DNA of 64,000 nt from an uncultured delta proteobacterium (lineage in GTDB: Bacteria > Desulfobacterota > Binatia > Binatales > Binataceae). Under the pieces are notes generated by a model. It was given only the letters and a program-made list of their open reading frames with translations, did not search any database and was not told where the DNA came from. A program made the position numbers and the translations under genes. Below, one piece after another: positions 39,657 to 52,379 of this stretch. The stretch's first letter is position 1. Each line of letters starts with the position of its first letter. Where the stretch lies: assembly GCA_963765675.1 (NCBI GenBank), contig CAVXXK010000003.1:192001-256000 (forward strand), read 5' to 3'.

Positions 39657-39915
39657 CTATCGGTATGCTTCCCGGCGATGGGCGATACGGACAATCAGCA
39701 CGACGAGAATCCGGTCGTGAATCTCGTAGACAACTCTGTAGTCGCCAACGCGAATGCGCCACAGATCCTCCCGTCCGGCAAGTTTCTTCGCACCTGGGGG
39801 ACGCGGATTAGTTTCGAGGCTTTATGAGTGCGCGGAGGATACGTTCGCGCGTGAGAGAATCGAGCCCGCGAAATTCGCGTCGCACCGCCGGCAACAACTC
39901 GACCCGATAGGCCAT
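39657..39915 (-). CDS. RelE/ParE family toxin (one +1 frameshift near 39822; missing from the ORF track)
   Basis: Manual translation MAYRVELLPAVRREFRGLDSLTRERILRALI/SLETNPRPPGAKKLAGREDLWRIRVGDYRVVYEIHDRILVVLIVRIAHRREAYR*. Confidence 0.85.
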
Positions 39916-39924
39916 CGATCGCCC

Positions 39925-40209
39925 TTATCGTCTGACGCCAAACTCCTTGAGTACGTCATCGAGAGGGATCGTTCCCGTGCGTTTGATTTGGCGCAGCGCG
40001 GCGCGGGCGGCCCTCAGGTCCTCGCGATCCTCGATCTGCTCGAGCAGCGCGATGTCCTCGAAGGGAACGACCGCCGCGAGCGGGCGGTTGCGCCGCGTCA
40101 GCACGACCCGATCCTTACCGTAGGCGACTCGATTGATCAGATCGGAGAAGTGCTGGCGGGCCGCGACCGTGCTGATCGCTTCGCCACCGATTTTTTTTCT
40201 GATTGCCAT
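39925..40209 (-). CDS. Phd/YefM family antitoxin
   Basis: ISTVAARQHFSDLINRVAYGKDRVVLTRRNRPLAAVVP. Confidence 0.88.
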   Translation of the reverse strand: MAIRKKIGGEAISTVAARQHFSDLINRVAYGKDRVVLTRRNRPLAAVVPFEDIALLEQIEDREDLRAARAALRQIKRTGTIPLDDVLKEFGVRR

Positions 40210-40241
40210 AGCGCGCTCCTTCGGATCTGGAAACTGGCGTG

Positions 40242-40267
40242 ATTGTACATCTCGGCAGTTATGTACA
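40242..40267 (-). promoter_or_regulatory. TA autoregulatory operator with two TGTACA palindromes, overlapping a TACAAT -10
   Basis: TGTACA at 40244-40249 and 40262-40267; the same core is known from yefM-yoeB operators. Confidence 0.65.
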
Positions 40268-40288
40268 CCAGTATCGGAGCGCGCCGAA

Positions 40289-41482
40289 TCAGATCACGCC
40301 TTCACCCTTTAGCGACTCGAGCTTTGCCGCGTCGAGGCCGAGCAGCTCGCGGTAGACCTCGGCGTTATGCTGCCCGAGCAGCGGCGCGGGCTTGACCTCG
40401 ACCGGCGAGTCTTCCAGCCGCACCGGGCATCCGGGCATCGTGAAGTCGCCGCGCTGCGGATGCTTTATCGTCACGATCATGCCGCGCTCGCGCATATGCG
40501 GATCGTTCAGCAGCTCGAGGCTGTCGAGGACCTTGCCGCACGGCACGCCCGCCGCGCCAAGGATCTGCATCACCTCGTGCTTGGTGCGGTGCGAGGTCCA
40601 TTCGGTGATGATCGCGCTGAGCGCGTCGAGATTTTTAAATCGCGAGCGCGCGTCCTTGAAGCGCTCGTCGGTTGCGATCCCGAGCTGCCCGATCGCCGCG
40701 CACAGGCTGTTCCACATCTCGGGCGTGGTGCAGAAGATGTAGCAGTAGTCATTGGGACCGCCGGGCGCGCACTTGAAAATATCGCCCGGCGCGCCGAGCC
40801 GGTTGCCGTTGCGTCCGGCGGGCTTGCCCGAGGTGTACATCCCCATGATCGCGACGCGGCAGAAATTCAGCACCGCTTCCTGCATCGCGACTTCCACTTT
40901 CTGGCCCTTGCCGGTCTTCTCGCGCTGGATATACGCGGCCAGCACTCCGATCGCGGCGTGCATCCCGGTGCCGGTGTCGCCGATTGTCGGGCCCGGCTTG
41001 AGCGGCGGCGTCTCCGAAGTTCCGGTCACCGACATCGCGCCGCCGGCGGCCTGCGCGATCATGTCGAAGCTCTTGTACGCGCTGTACGGGCCCGAGGTGC
41101 CGAAGCCCTTGATCGTCAGGTAGATCAGGCGCGGATTGATTTTGCGAAGCTGCTCGTAGCCGAGGTCGAGCCCCTCGAGCGTGCCGAGCGAATAATTTTC
41201 GGTCAGGATATCGACCTTCTTGACCATCTCGAGAAACATCGCGCGGCCGGCGGGGCTCTTGAGGTTGAGCGTGATGCCACGTTTGTTGGCGTTGAGCAGC
41301 ATGAAGTAATACGAATCGAAGCCGGGTTTGTCCGCCAGCGACCAGCGTCCCTGTTCGCCCATCTTCGGCGACTCGACTTTGATCACGTCGGCGCCGAGCC
41401 ACGCCAGCATCTCGGTGCACGACGTACCGGCCTCGAACTGGGTGAGATCCAGCACCTTGACGCCCGCCAATGCTTTTTCCAT
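40289..41482 (-). CDS. Class III CoA transferase (CaiB/BaiF, formyl-CoA transferase-like)
   Basis: ALAGVKVLDLTQFEAG..LGADVIKVE, NANKRGITLNLK, PAPLLGQHN. Confidence 0.92.
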   Translation of the reverse strand: MEKALAGVKVLDLTQFEAGTSCTEMLAWLGADVIKVESPKMGEQGRWSLADKPGFDSYYFMLLNANKRGITLNLKSPAGRAMFLEMVKKVDILTENYSLGTLEGLDLGYEQLRKINPRLIYLTIKGFGTSGPYSAYKSFDMIAQAAGGAMSVTGTSETPPLKPGPTIGDTGTGMHAAIGVLAAYIQREKTGKGQKVEVAMQEAVLNFCRVAIMGMYTSGKPAGRNGNRLGAPGDIFKCAPGGPNDYCYIFCTTPEMWNSLCAAIGQLGIATDERFKDARSRFKNLDALSAIITEWTSHRTKHEVMQILGAAGVPCGKVLDSLELLNDPHMRERGMIVTIKHPQRGDFTMPGCPVRLEDSPVEVKPAPLLGQHNAEVYRELLGLDAAKLESLKGEGVI

Positions 41483-41657
41483 CGATGCTCTCCTCTTTAT
41501 TATTGGACGCGCGCGCAGCGATGCGACTTCGGCCGCGCCTGATGGACCTTTGTAGCGCCCCGCAAGCGCAATCGGCAAGCCACGCGCGCCGGCAACGCCA
41601 ATCCTGGTTGGCCGCGCTATTGGTTCAAGGCCGCCGTCTGATAAATCTGATGAGAGC

Positions 41658-42797
41658 ATGACGATGACTCCCACCGCGCACACAAAGCTGGCCGCGATTC
41701 GCGAGGAGCTTAACCGGATGTTCCTCGAACGCGGCGATTTGATCGACGGCGCGCTAGTTGCGCTGCTGTCGCACAGCCATGTGCTCTTGATCGGCCCTCC
41801 AGGCACCGCCAAGTCGATGCTGGCCGAGGAGCTGTGTACGCGGATCGAAGGCGCGAACTATTTCCAGTGGCTGCTCACGCGCTTCAGCACGCCCGAGGAG
41901 ATTTTCGGCGCGGTCAGCCTGCGCGGCCTCGAGAACGACGACTATCGCCGCGTCACCGCACACAAGCTGCCCGAGGCGCATATCGCGTTCCTGGATGAAA
42001 TCTTCAAGGCGAATTCGTCGATCCTGAACGCGCTGCTGACGGTCGTTAACGAACGCATCTTTCACAACGGCCGCGAACGAATCAGCGTGCCGCTGGTCAC
42101 GATGTTCGGCGCGTCGAATGAATTGCCGGACGAAGAAGAGCTGACCGCTCTTTACGACCGCTTCATGCTGCGCTTCATGGCGGACTATATCGTCGAAGAA
42201 TTCCGCTTCCTCAAGATGCTCGAAGGCTCCGCTCCCGCCGAGCGGACGCGGCTCAACTTCGCCGAGTTGAACGAGCTCGGCGCGGCCGTGCGCGAGGTCG
42301 CGATTCCCGGCGCGATCCTGCGCTCGATCGCCGAGCTTCGGCGCGCCCTCGCCCATGAGCAGATCATCGTGTCAGACCGGCGCTGGAAGAATTCCCTCGC
42401 CGTGATGCGTGCGCATGCGATCCTGCTTTCGCGCGCCGCAGTGACCGAAGACGATCTGATGTTCCTCGAGCATGTCCTGTGGAAAGATCCCGAGGAGCGG
42501 CCCAAGGTGACCGAGGCGCTGCGCCGGATCGTGCGCGGATTCGAAGAGGAAGCGCGCGAGTTGCTGATCCAGAGCCAGGAGCTGCGCGAGTATGCCGAGC
42601 GCCGATGGGATAGCGAAGAGCTGCGCCAGCGCGCAATCGTCGAAGCGCACGCCAAGCTCGCGAACATCCTGGTGAAGTTCGACAACCTGCTGCGCGAGGC
42701 AGCCGAAGACGGCCGCACGATCGCCGGCGCCGACGCGATGCGCTCAGAAGTCCGCGAGATTCAGCAGGCGATGCTGCGGCGCACGCTGGACGCCTGA
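41658..42797 (+). CDS. MoxR/RavA-like AAA+ ATPase
   Basis: GPPGTAKS, TRFSTPEEIFG, FLDEIFKANSSILNALLT, ASNELP, ALYDRF, VSDRRW. Confidence 0.88.
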   Translation: MTMTPTAHTKLAAIREELNRMFLERGDLIDGALVALLSHSHVLLIGPPGTAKSMLAEELCTRIEGANYFQWLLTRFSTPEEIFGAVSLRGLENDDYRRVTAHKLPEAHIAFLDEIFKANSSILNALLTVVNERIFHNGRERISVPLVTMFGASNELPDEEELTALYDRFMLRFMADYIVEEFRFLKMLEGSAPAERTRLNFAELNELGAAVREVAIPGAILRSIAELRRALAHEQIIVSDRRWKNSLAVMRAHAILLSRAAVTEDDLMFLEHVLWKDPEERPKVTEALRRIVRGFEEEARELLIQSQELREYAERRWDSEELRQRAIVEAHAKLANILVKFDNLLREAAEDGRTIAGADAMRSEVREIQQAMLRRTLDA

Positions 42798-42805
42798 CCC
42801 GCGCT

Positions 42806-45065
<2,260 letters not shown>

Positions 45066-45073
45066 CGGGCTTC

Positions 45074-46179
45074 TCAGAGATGCGCGGTGACTGCTCCCAT
45101 CTCGTGGGTGTCGTAGCCGCACAGCCCCGCGACCTCGCTCGCGAAGCGTGACGAGTTCATCGCTTCGAGCATCGCGCGCACCGGCATCGACGACATCTCG
45201 CCCGCGGGCACCGCAAGATCGTAACGCTCCTCGCGAATCGGCACGAAGCCGAGTCCATAAGCCTCGGCCGCGACGCGAATCGTAACGCCAAGGTCGCCGT
45301 GCCCCGCCGCGATCGCGAGCGCCACTTCGAGATGACCACTGACCTCGCGATCATAGCCCGCGATCGCCGACGGCTTCAGCTTGAGCGTGGCAATCGCGTC
45401 GTCCAGCGCGAATCGCGCGCCCGCGCCTCGCTCGCGATTTACCAGTCTCAGGCGTGGCCGTCTCAAATCTTCGTAGCCGCTGATTCCAAGCGGATTACCC
45501 GGCGCAGTCGCGAGGCCAAGCTCCCAGCTCCCAAAGCGAATGATCGCGGTGTGCCGATTCTTGAGCGCGCGGCGCACCGGACCCAGGTTGTACTCGCCGC
45601 TTTTGGTGTCGCGCAGATGGACTCCCGCAACGTGCGCGCGTCCACCGAGAAGCGCGTCGAGCGCGCCCATGCTCCCGCGCGCGAGCGCTACGATCCTGAC
45701 CGGAGCGTGGCGCCGCGCAACCCAATCGGCCAGGAGCGACACGGCCGGATCGCATCCGGCGACAATCAGCGTCGCATCGATCTCAGCCGCAGACACATAC
45801 GCTGCGACTGACGCGCGGCGGCCCGCGACCCGCTAACGATTCCGTCGGCCGCCATCAGATGATGCTGCACTGCGGCAGCCGGCACCGCGACCACGCGGCC
45901 GCCCACTCGCGCAAGGGCTACATGCGCCCCGGCCGCAAGCTTCACCGATGCGGGAACAGCAACGGCGATATCGTCGGGCGACTCGGCGCCGAACAGCGCT
46001 TCGACGGTCGCGCCGAGCTCGCGCGCCAGCGCGATCGCGACGCTGACGCCGGGCTGGTACTGCCCCGCCTCGATCGCACCGAGCGCCTGTCGTGAGATAC
46101 CCGCGCGCCGCGCGAGTTCGTTCTGGCTGAATCCGTGAGCGGCGCGGGCGCGCCGGATTTGCTCATGAGAGGAAGCCAT
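45074..46179 (-). CDS. XRE-HTH plus PBP_like (molybdate-binding type) regulator (one -1 frameshift near 45830)
   Basis: N-terminal SQNELARRAGISRQALGAIEAG..ALARELG; C-terminal GSMGAL..AHVAGVHL, LVNRERGAGAR, HLEVA, FVPIREERYDL. Confidence 0.8.
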
Positions 46180-46222
46180 AATCCTTGCCTTCTCGCCATA
46201 ATACTGGCATAACACCACCGCA

Positions 46223-47230
46223 ATGAAAATGCCGGCGCGATTTCTTTTACTCGCGATGCTCGCCGCATCGATAGCCTCGACCGCATTCGCCGCGCCCGCC
46301 AGCGCGCAGTCCGCGGCGCCCTCCGCGGCAGCTTCGCCGGCCGCCGCTTCGCAGCCGCCACCCAACCCGGGAGTCGGCGGTGTGCTTCGCTACGTCATCC
46401 CGAGCCTCGCGGCTCCCCCGGCGCCTCCCCCACCGGAAGAGCCGGCGGAAGCGGGATTCAGCGGCGCACTGATGGGCTTCGTCAATGGCTGGCTCAACAT
46501 GGTCTCGCGGACCCAGGCCGAACAGCCCCACTGGATCACACCGCTGGTGACCGTGACTCCGCGCCTCGAGCAAGAGTATCGCTACGATCAATTTTTCCAG
46601 TCCGCTCGCAACGGCGTCGCGACCGACAACTTCGGCGGCAGCAAAGGCCTCGAGGTGATCCCGCAGGAAAATATCGAGACCATCATCGGCGTGCCCGGAT
46701 TTCTCAAACGCAACATCCCGCGCAACACCGACGGCTTTGCCGATTGGCCATTCCTGGTCAAGCTGCGGCTGATTTCGGCCGACGAGGAGCACGGCAACTA
46801 TATCGTGACCGCGTTCATGGGCTTCAGCGTGCCGACCGGATCCAACGTCAACGGTAACGGCCACGGTGAGTTCACGCCGACGCTCGCGTTCGGCAAGGGC
46901 CTCGGCGATTTCGATTTTCAATCGACGGTCGGGGTGACGTTTCCTGCCGGCGGCCTGGATCGGCTGGGGATGCCGCTGGCGTGGAACACCGCGTTTCAGT
47001 ATCGCATCGCGAAATACTTCTGGCCCGAGTTCGAGACCAACTACACCTGGCAGTCTTACGGATCAGATAACGGCCACAACACGTTGTACCTGACTCCGGG
47101 AGTCCTGATCGGGAGGATCCCGATTCACAACCGCGTCGGACTTACCTTCGGCGCTGGCTATCAGGTCGCGGTGACCAAATATCACAACTACAACCACAAC
47201 GTAGTCTTGACCGCGCGCATTCCGTTCTGA
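46223..47230 (+). CDS. Putative outer-membrane beta-barrel/porin
   Basis: Signal peptide, Pro/Ala linker, alternating aromatic strands, C-terminal TARIPF. Confidence 0.6.
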   Translation: MKMPARFLLLAMLAASIASTAFAAPASAQSAAPSAAASPAAASQPPPNPGVGGVLRYVIPSLAAPPAPPPPEEPAEAGFSGALMGFVNGWLNMVSRTQAEQPHWITPLVTVTPRLEQEYRYDQFFQSARNGVATDNFGGSKGLEVIPQENIETIIGVPGFLKRNIPRNTDGFADWPFLVKLRLISADEEHGNYIVTAFMGFSVPTGSNVNGNGHGEFTPTLAFGKGLGDFDFQSTVGVTFPAGGLDRLGMPLAWNTAFQYRIAKYFWPEFETNYTWQSYGSDNGHNTLYLTPGVLIGRIPIHNRVGLTFGAGYQVAVTKYHNYNHNVVLTARIPF

Positions 47231-47244
47231 TCGGGGAACTATCG

Positions 47245-48244
47245 ATGCGCACCTTACGTTTTGAGAATCTCCGCCGCGCGCCACTGGTGGCGATCGCGAT
47301 CGTTATCGCGCTGTGCGCAATCACGATTCGGAGCCTCGCGCACGCCGCCGAGTCCGATCACGCCGCGGTCACGATCTTCCACGCCGACAGCCTCAACGCT
47401 TATGTCGCGGCGATCGCGAAGGTCTACAAGGCAGCTCATCCCGGCGCGCAGGTGCAGACCGAGAGCAGTGGCAGCCTCGATGCGATCCGCAAAATCACCG
47501 ACCTGCATCTGCCGTGCGATATTCTGATCACCGCCGATTGGCGGCTGCTGCAGACTCCGCGCGCCGGAATCGACAAATGGGCGGCGCTCTTCGCCGGCAA
47601 CTCGATGGGCATCGTGTATACCGCGCACTCGAAGTTCGCGTCGGAGATAAACGCCGCTAACTGGCGCGAAGTGCTCGCGCGGCCGGGCGTGCGCTACGGA
47701 CATTCGAATCCCGAGCGCGACCCAGCGGGTTACTGGACCCTGGTCGTATGGCAACTTGCCGCGCGCCTTTACCATGAGCCGAAACTCCCGGAGCAGCTCG
47801 CGGCCGGATGCCCCCGCGCAAACATCCGTCCGCACAACATCGATCTGATCGCGCTGCTGCAAAGCGGCGAGCTCGATTACTATTTCGGCTACGCGTCTGA
47901 CGCGCGGCTGGGCGACCTCAAATTCCTTGAGTTGCCGCCGCAGATCAATTTGAGCGACATCAAGCTCGCATCGGATTACGCGAAAGCCAGCATCGAGGTT
48001 GGAAGCGGACCGAATCGCAAGAGCTATCACGGGCTCTCCGGTCGCGTACGCGGCGACGCTGACGACGAATCCCCCCAATCGCGAAGGTGCGCTCGATTTC
48101 ATGCGCCTGATGCTGGGGGACGAGGGCCGCAAAGCGGCGCAGGACGCGGGACTTATCGCGTATCCGTCCGGACTCGCGTGGAATCCCTCGCACCAGATGC
48201 CGCCGGAGGTGCGATCGATGACGAAGCCGCTTGAAACGAACTAG
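47245..48244 (+). CDS. WtpA/ModA-like tungstate/molybdate-binding protein (one +1 frameshift near 48021)
   Basis: IFHADSL, ESSGSLDAIRKITDL, YGHSNPERDPAGY, LQSGELDY, LPPQINLS; continues AITGSPVAYAAT..PPNREGALDF. Confidence 0.8.
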
Positions 48245-48849
48245 GCGCCCGCTTCGCGCGCGGCCTCGTCTTGCGCACCGCCGATCACCGTGGGCGGCGC
48301 GAAGCGTCCGGCGTCGTGCTCGATCACGATAATTCCGCAGTTCGCCGGAATGTGCGCTCCCTCCCATCCTCCGGTCACATGCGCCCATAGCGCGCGCATC
48401 ACGCCGCCATGGCTGACGATCACGACCTCGCCGTCGGAATAGTCGCGCGCGATTCGATCGAGCACCGGAGCGCTGCGCTGGCGGACGTCGAGATGGCTCT
48501 CGCCGCCGGGCGGACGCCACTGCCAGGAATGGGCGGGGTCGAAGCTCGGATCCTCGCGTACGACTTCGTACGGCTTGCCCGCGACGGCACCCAGATTCTG
48601 CTCGCGGAACTCCGGCTCGATCTCGACCGGCAGATCGAATTGCTCGGCGATGATCCGCGCGGTCTCGCGGGTCCTGAAGTACGGGCTCGCAATTACCTTG
48701 CGCGGATGAAAACTGGTTTTGATCCTGCGCGCCGCTTCGCGCGCTTGCTGGCGGCCGAGCTCGGTAATCGCCGCGTCGGGCGAGCTCGTGAAATGGCGAA
48801 TGCGGTTGCCTTCGCTCTCACCGTGGCGAACCAGAATTAGTTTGCCCAT
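48241..48849 (-). CDS. Histidine phosphatase family protein
   Basis: LILVRHGES, ASPYFRTRETA, PGGES, IVSHGG. Confidence 0.92.
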   Translation of the reverse strand: MGKLILVRHGESEGNRIRHFTSSPDAAITELGRQQAREAARRIKTSFHPRKVIASPYFRTRETARIIAEQFDLPVEIEPEFREQNLGAVAGKPYEVVREDPSFDPAHSWQWRPPGGESHLDVRQRSAPVLDRIARDYSDGEVVIVSHGGVMRALWAHVTGGWEGAHIPANCGIIVIEHDAGRFAPPTVIGGAQDEAAREAGA

Positions 48850-48915
48850 ATGACTGAGAGCCTCCCGGCGTTCTTTGTAGCTCAGGCCGGAAGTTATGTC
48901 ATGCTCCGCCCTAAC

Positions 48916-49713
48916 CTACGGCTTCGGAGCACCTTCGCCAATCGCGTCGGGCGCCGGCGCGGCGGACGGACGGGTCATCGCGCGGAACGCTTCGAGCAGA
49001 TCGATCGGGAGCGGGAAGATCGTGGTCGAGTTGTGATCGGTCGCGACCTCCTTGAGCGTCTGCAGATAGCGCAGTTGCAGCGTGATCGGACTCTTGCTCA
49101 TGACTATCGCCGCGTCCGCGAGCTTCTGCGAGGCCTGGAACTCGCCTTCCGCCGCGATCACTTTCGCGCGCCGCTCGCGCTCGGCTTCGGCCTGCGCGGC
49201 GATCGCGCGCTGCATGTCCTGCGGCAGATCGATATTCTTGAGCTCGACCAGCGTGACCTTCACGCCCCACGGCTCGGTCTGCGAATCGACCACTTCCTGG
49301 ATGCGCGCGTTGAGCTTGTCGCGCTGGCTCAAGAGCTCGTCGAGCTCGGTCTGTCCGCCGACGGAGCGCAGCGTGGTCTGCGCAAGCTGCATCGTGGCGA
49401 ACAAGTAGTTGGCGACCTCGGTCACCGCGCGCGACGGATCGACTACGCGGAAATACAACACGGCGCTCACCTTGACCGAGACGTTGTCCTTGGTGATCAC
49501 GTCCTGCGGCGGAATATCCAGGGTGACGGTGCGCAGATCGATTCGCACCATCCGCTCGAGGATCGGGATAACGAAGATCACGCCCGGACCGCGAAACGGA
49601 GTCAGCCGCCCGAGCCGAAAGATCACGGCGCGCTCGTATTCGTTCAGGACCTTGAGTCCGGAGAGGAAAATTATCACGACGATGAAAACGATTACGCCGA
49701 AACCTGTCGCCAT
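48916..49713 (-). CDS. SPFH/slipin (stomatin-like) protein
   Basis: [41 protein letters not shown]. Confidence 0.93.
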   Translation of the reverse strand: MATGFGVIVFIVVIIFLSGLKVLNEYERAVIFRLGRLTPFRGPGVIFVIPILERMVRIDLRTVTLDIPPQDVITKDNVSVKVSAVLYFRVVDPSRAVTEVANYLFATMQLAQTTLRSVGGQTELDELLSQRDKLNARIQEVVDSQTEPWGVKVTLVELKNIDLPQDMQRAIAAQAEAERERRAKVIAAEGEFQASQKLADAAIVMSKSPITLQLRYLQTLKEVATDHNSTTIFPLPIDLLEAFRAMTRPSAAPAPDAIGEGAPKP

Positions 49714-49740
49714 CGGATTCTCCTTATCGTAATTAGCGCT

Positions 49741-51072
49741 TCAGGACGCCCGCCGCACTTCGACCTCGAGGCCGTTGACGGCGGTGACGCGCGCACGGGT
49801 GCCGGGCGCGAGCGCCTCGGGACTGCGCGCGCGCCAAATCTCGCCGTGAACAAAAATCTTTCCCGGCACGCCGGCCTCGATCGCCTCGCGCACCTCGCCA
49901 ATTTCACCGACCATGCCTTCCGCTCCGGTCTTGGCGACGCGCCGCCGCTCGCTCGCCACGATATAGCCGAGTCCGAGGATAATCACGGTCAGTGCAACCG
50001 CCGCGCCGTAAATTATGTCGCGGTTGACTTCGAGATTGGTCTTCGACGTATCGATCAAAAACAGCGATCCAATCACGAAGGCCGCGACTCCGCCGAGTCC
50101 CAAAATCCCGTAGCTGGTGACGAACGCCTCCGCGACCAGCATCCCTACGCCAAGGAAGATCAGCAGCAGCCCGGTCACGTTGACCGGCAGCACCTGGAAC
50201 GATGCGAAAAACAACAGCAGGCAGATCGCGCCCGCGACACCGGGAAGAAAAACTCCCGGATGCGCGAACTCGAAATAAAGTCCCAGCAGCCCCGCCATCA
50301 ACAGCAGGTAGACGATATTCGGATCCGATAGCGTGTTCAGGACGAGTTGGCCGATAGTCATCGCGCCGCGGCGGACGGTCGCATCGGCGAGATTGAGCGT
50401 GATCTCCTTGCCGCCCGCCTGCACTTTGCGGCCCGAGGCTTGAACGAGCAGGCTGCGCAGGTCGGGCGCGACAATATCGATCACTTTTTTCTGCAGCGCC
50501 TCGCGCTCGCCGATCGCGACGCTGTGGCGGACCGCCTGCTCGACCCAGTCTTCATTTCGTCCCCGCTGTTGCGCGATACTGCGCGCGAAGGTCGCGGTGA
50601 AGTTCTCGATCTTCTCGCCCATGACTCCTTTGATATCCGAGCCGCCTTCTTCGACCGGATGTGCCGCGCCGATCGTCGTTCCGGGCGCCATCGCCGCTAT
50701 ATTTGCCGCCTCGGTGATAAACGTTCCTGCCGATGCGGCGCTCGCGCCCGACGGGGCCACGTAAACGATCACCGGAAGCGGAGCGGCAAGGAGGCTCTTC
50801 ACGATATGCTGCGCGGAGCTGAGGAGTCCGCCTGGAGTATCGAGCTCGATCACCAGGGCGCCGGCGCCCTCGCGCGAAGCCGAATCGATCGAGTCGTCGA
50901 TGAAACTCGCCACCGCGGGATTGATCGAGCCGTCGATCGTGATCAACTCGACCCAGGTCTGCGCTGGATGGCTATCGGCGCGCGCACGCATCGCGAGCGT
51001 CGCGATAATTCCCGCCGCGCCGAGCGTGAAAAGGATCGCCGTGATCGCGCGGAGATGGCGGCGGCGGGTCAT
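49741..51072 (-). CDS. nfeD: NfeD membrane-bound serine protease
   Basis: LDTPGG, AASAG, AMAPGTTIGAAHPV, C-terminal OB fold (GKIFVHGEIWRA); paired with slipin. Confidence 0.9.
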   Translation of the reverse strand: MTRRRHLRAITAILFTLGAAGIIATLAMRARADSHPAQTWVELITIDGSINPAVASFIDDSIDSASREGAGALVIELDTPGGLLSSAQHIVKSLLAAPLPVIVYVAPSGASAASAGTFITEAANIAAMAPGTTIGAAHPVEEGGSDIKGVMGEKIENFTATFARSIAQQRGRNEDWVEQAVRHSVAIGEREALQKKVIDIVAPDLRSLLVQASGRKVQAGGKEITLNLADATVRRGAMTIGQLVLNTLSDPNIVYLLLMAGLLGLYFEFAHPGVFLPGVAGAICLLLFFASFQVLPVNVTGLLLIFLGVGMLVAEAFVTSYGILGLGGVAAFVIGSLFLIDTSKTNLEVNRDIIYGAAVALTVIILGLGYIVASERRRVAKTGAEGMVGEIGEVREAIEAGVPGKIFVHGEIWRARSPEALAPGTRARVTAVNGLEVEVRRAS

Positions 51073-51863
51073 GCGCCGGCGCGCCCCGGAATCGGCCGCC
51101 CGAGTTCCTTCAGAACCTGCTGGACGTCTTGCCATACCAGCCGCTTGTCGCTCGGGTTGCGCAGCAGATAGGCGGGATGAAACGTCGGCATCATCCGGAC
51201 GCCGCGCACGTCATGCCAATTCCCGCGCAACCGGCTGATGGGAGTCTTGACCTTGAGCACGGCCTGCACCGCGAAGGTGCCGAGGCCGACGATCACGCGC
51301 GGCTTGACCAGCTCGATCTGGCGCATCATGAACGGCTCGCACGAGGCGACCTCGTCGGGCTCGGGATTGCGATTATCGGGCGGGCGGCACTTGATCACGT
51401 TGCAGATATAAACCTCGGCGCGCTTCATGCCCATCCCGCGCTCGATGATGTCAGTCAGCAACTGGCCCGCGCGACCGACGAATGGCTCGCCGCGCGCATC
51501 TTCTTCGGCACCCGGACCCTCGCCAATAAACATCAGCTCGGCGTTCGGATTGCCGACTCCGAAGACCAGGTTCTTGCGCAGCCCCCACAGCTTGCAGCGG
51601 CGGCAATCGCCGATAAATTCGCGCAGCCCTTCGAGCGATTCGGTTTTTTCGAGCCCGGGATATTTCGAGAACATCTCGCGCGACGGCGCCACGGCCGCGG
51701 GTACGACTCGCTCCGGCGGGCGCGCGCTTTCCGGCGCGGCCTGCGCGGGCGACCGCTCGGAGGCGGGCAGACCGTCCAATCCTTCCTCGCGGAGTTGCGC
51801 AACGTAGTCGGTGAGCGTCGCGATGATCGTCGCGCGGTCCGGATGCGGTTTGGGTTCACTCAT
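51069..51863 (-). CDS. Uracil-DNA glycosylase family 4
   Basis: CRRC, GEGPGAEED, PFVGRAGQLL, KCRPPDNR, TFHPAYLLR. Confidence 0.93.
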   Translation of the reverse strand: MSEPKPHPDRATIIATLTDYVAQLREEGLDGLPASERSPAQAAPESARPPERVVPAAVAPSREMFSKYPGLEKTESLEGLREFIGDCRRCKLWGLRKNLVFGVGNPNAELMFIGEGPGAEEDARGEPFVGRAGQLLTDIIERGMGMKRAEVYICNVIKCRPPDNRNPEPDEVASCEPFMMRQIELVKPRVIVGLGTFAVQAVLKVKTPISRLRGNWHDVRGVRMMPTFHPAYLLRNPSDKRLVWQDVQQVLKELGRPIPGRAGA

Positions 51864-51875
51864 AGTCGGCAGGCA

Positions 51876-52313
51876 TCACGCGAGCCGGTCCTGATGATAG
51901 CCAATATAGAGCGCCGTTCCGACCGATCCACCCACCGAGAGAATCAAGTAGACAATGATAAAGCCGACGGTAGGGTGGCCGTTGTCGTGGAGCGACCAGA
52001 ACAGCGTGAGATTCACCGGAACATAGAACGCGTACAGGACCGAGAGCGGCTTGAGCCATCGCTTCTGCGCAATCAATCCGTACGCGTAAATCGCCAGAAA
52101 GATTCCGAAGATCGGACCGCCGATTGCATTTTGACTGAACGTCGCAAGGCGATGCCCGAACACCACCAACCCGAGATGCGGGTCGTTGTGATGCTGAAAT
52201 GGCTTGGTGAAATCCGACAACGCGAGCACGGCGAACAGAATCGCCATTGCGGAAAGAAACCAGTCGCGGCGCGGACGCATTACGCCGGACGCGGGACTTC
52301 CGATCGTCGCCAT
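51876..52313 (-). CDS. Hypothetical membrane protein (start uncertain)
   Basis: About 4 hydrophobic segments; located within the coaBC-UDG operon. Confidence 0.6.
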   Translation of the reverse strand: MATIGSPASGVMRPRRDWFLSAMAILFAVLALSDFTKPFQHHNDPHLGLVVFGHRLATFSQNAIGGPIFGIFLAIYAYGLIAQKRWLKPLSVLYAFYVPVNLTLFWSLHDNGHPTVGFIIVYLILSVGGSVGTALYIGYHQDRLA

Positions 52314-52379
52314 CTGAATCCTCCCCTGAGACTGACAGGACCTGCTGTGGCATCGCGCGGGCATCACGCGCGGAGCCGG

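Noticed and set aside
39621-39827. 68-aa plus-strand ORF
   Set aside because: It is the antisense shadow of the frameshifted RelE gene
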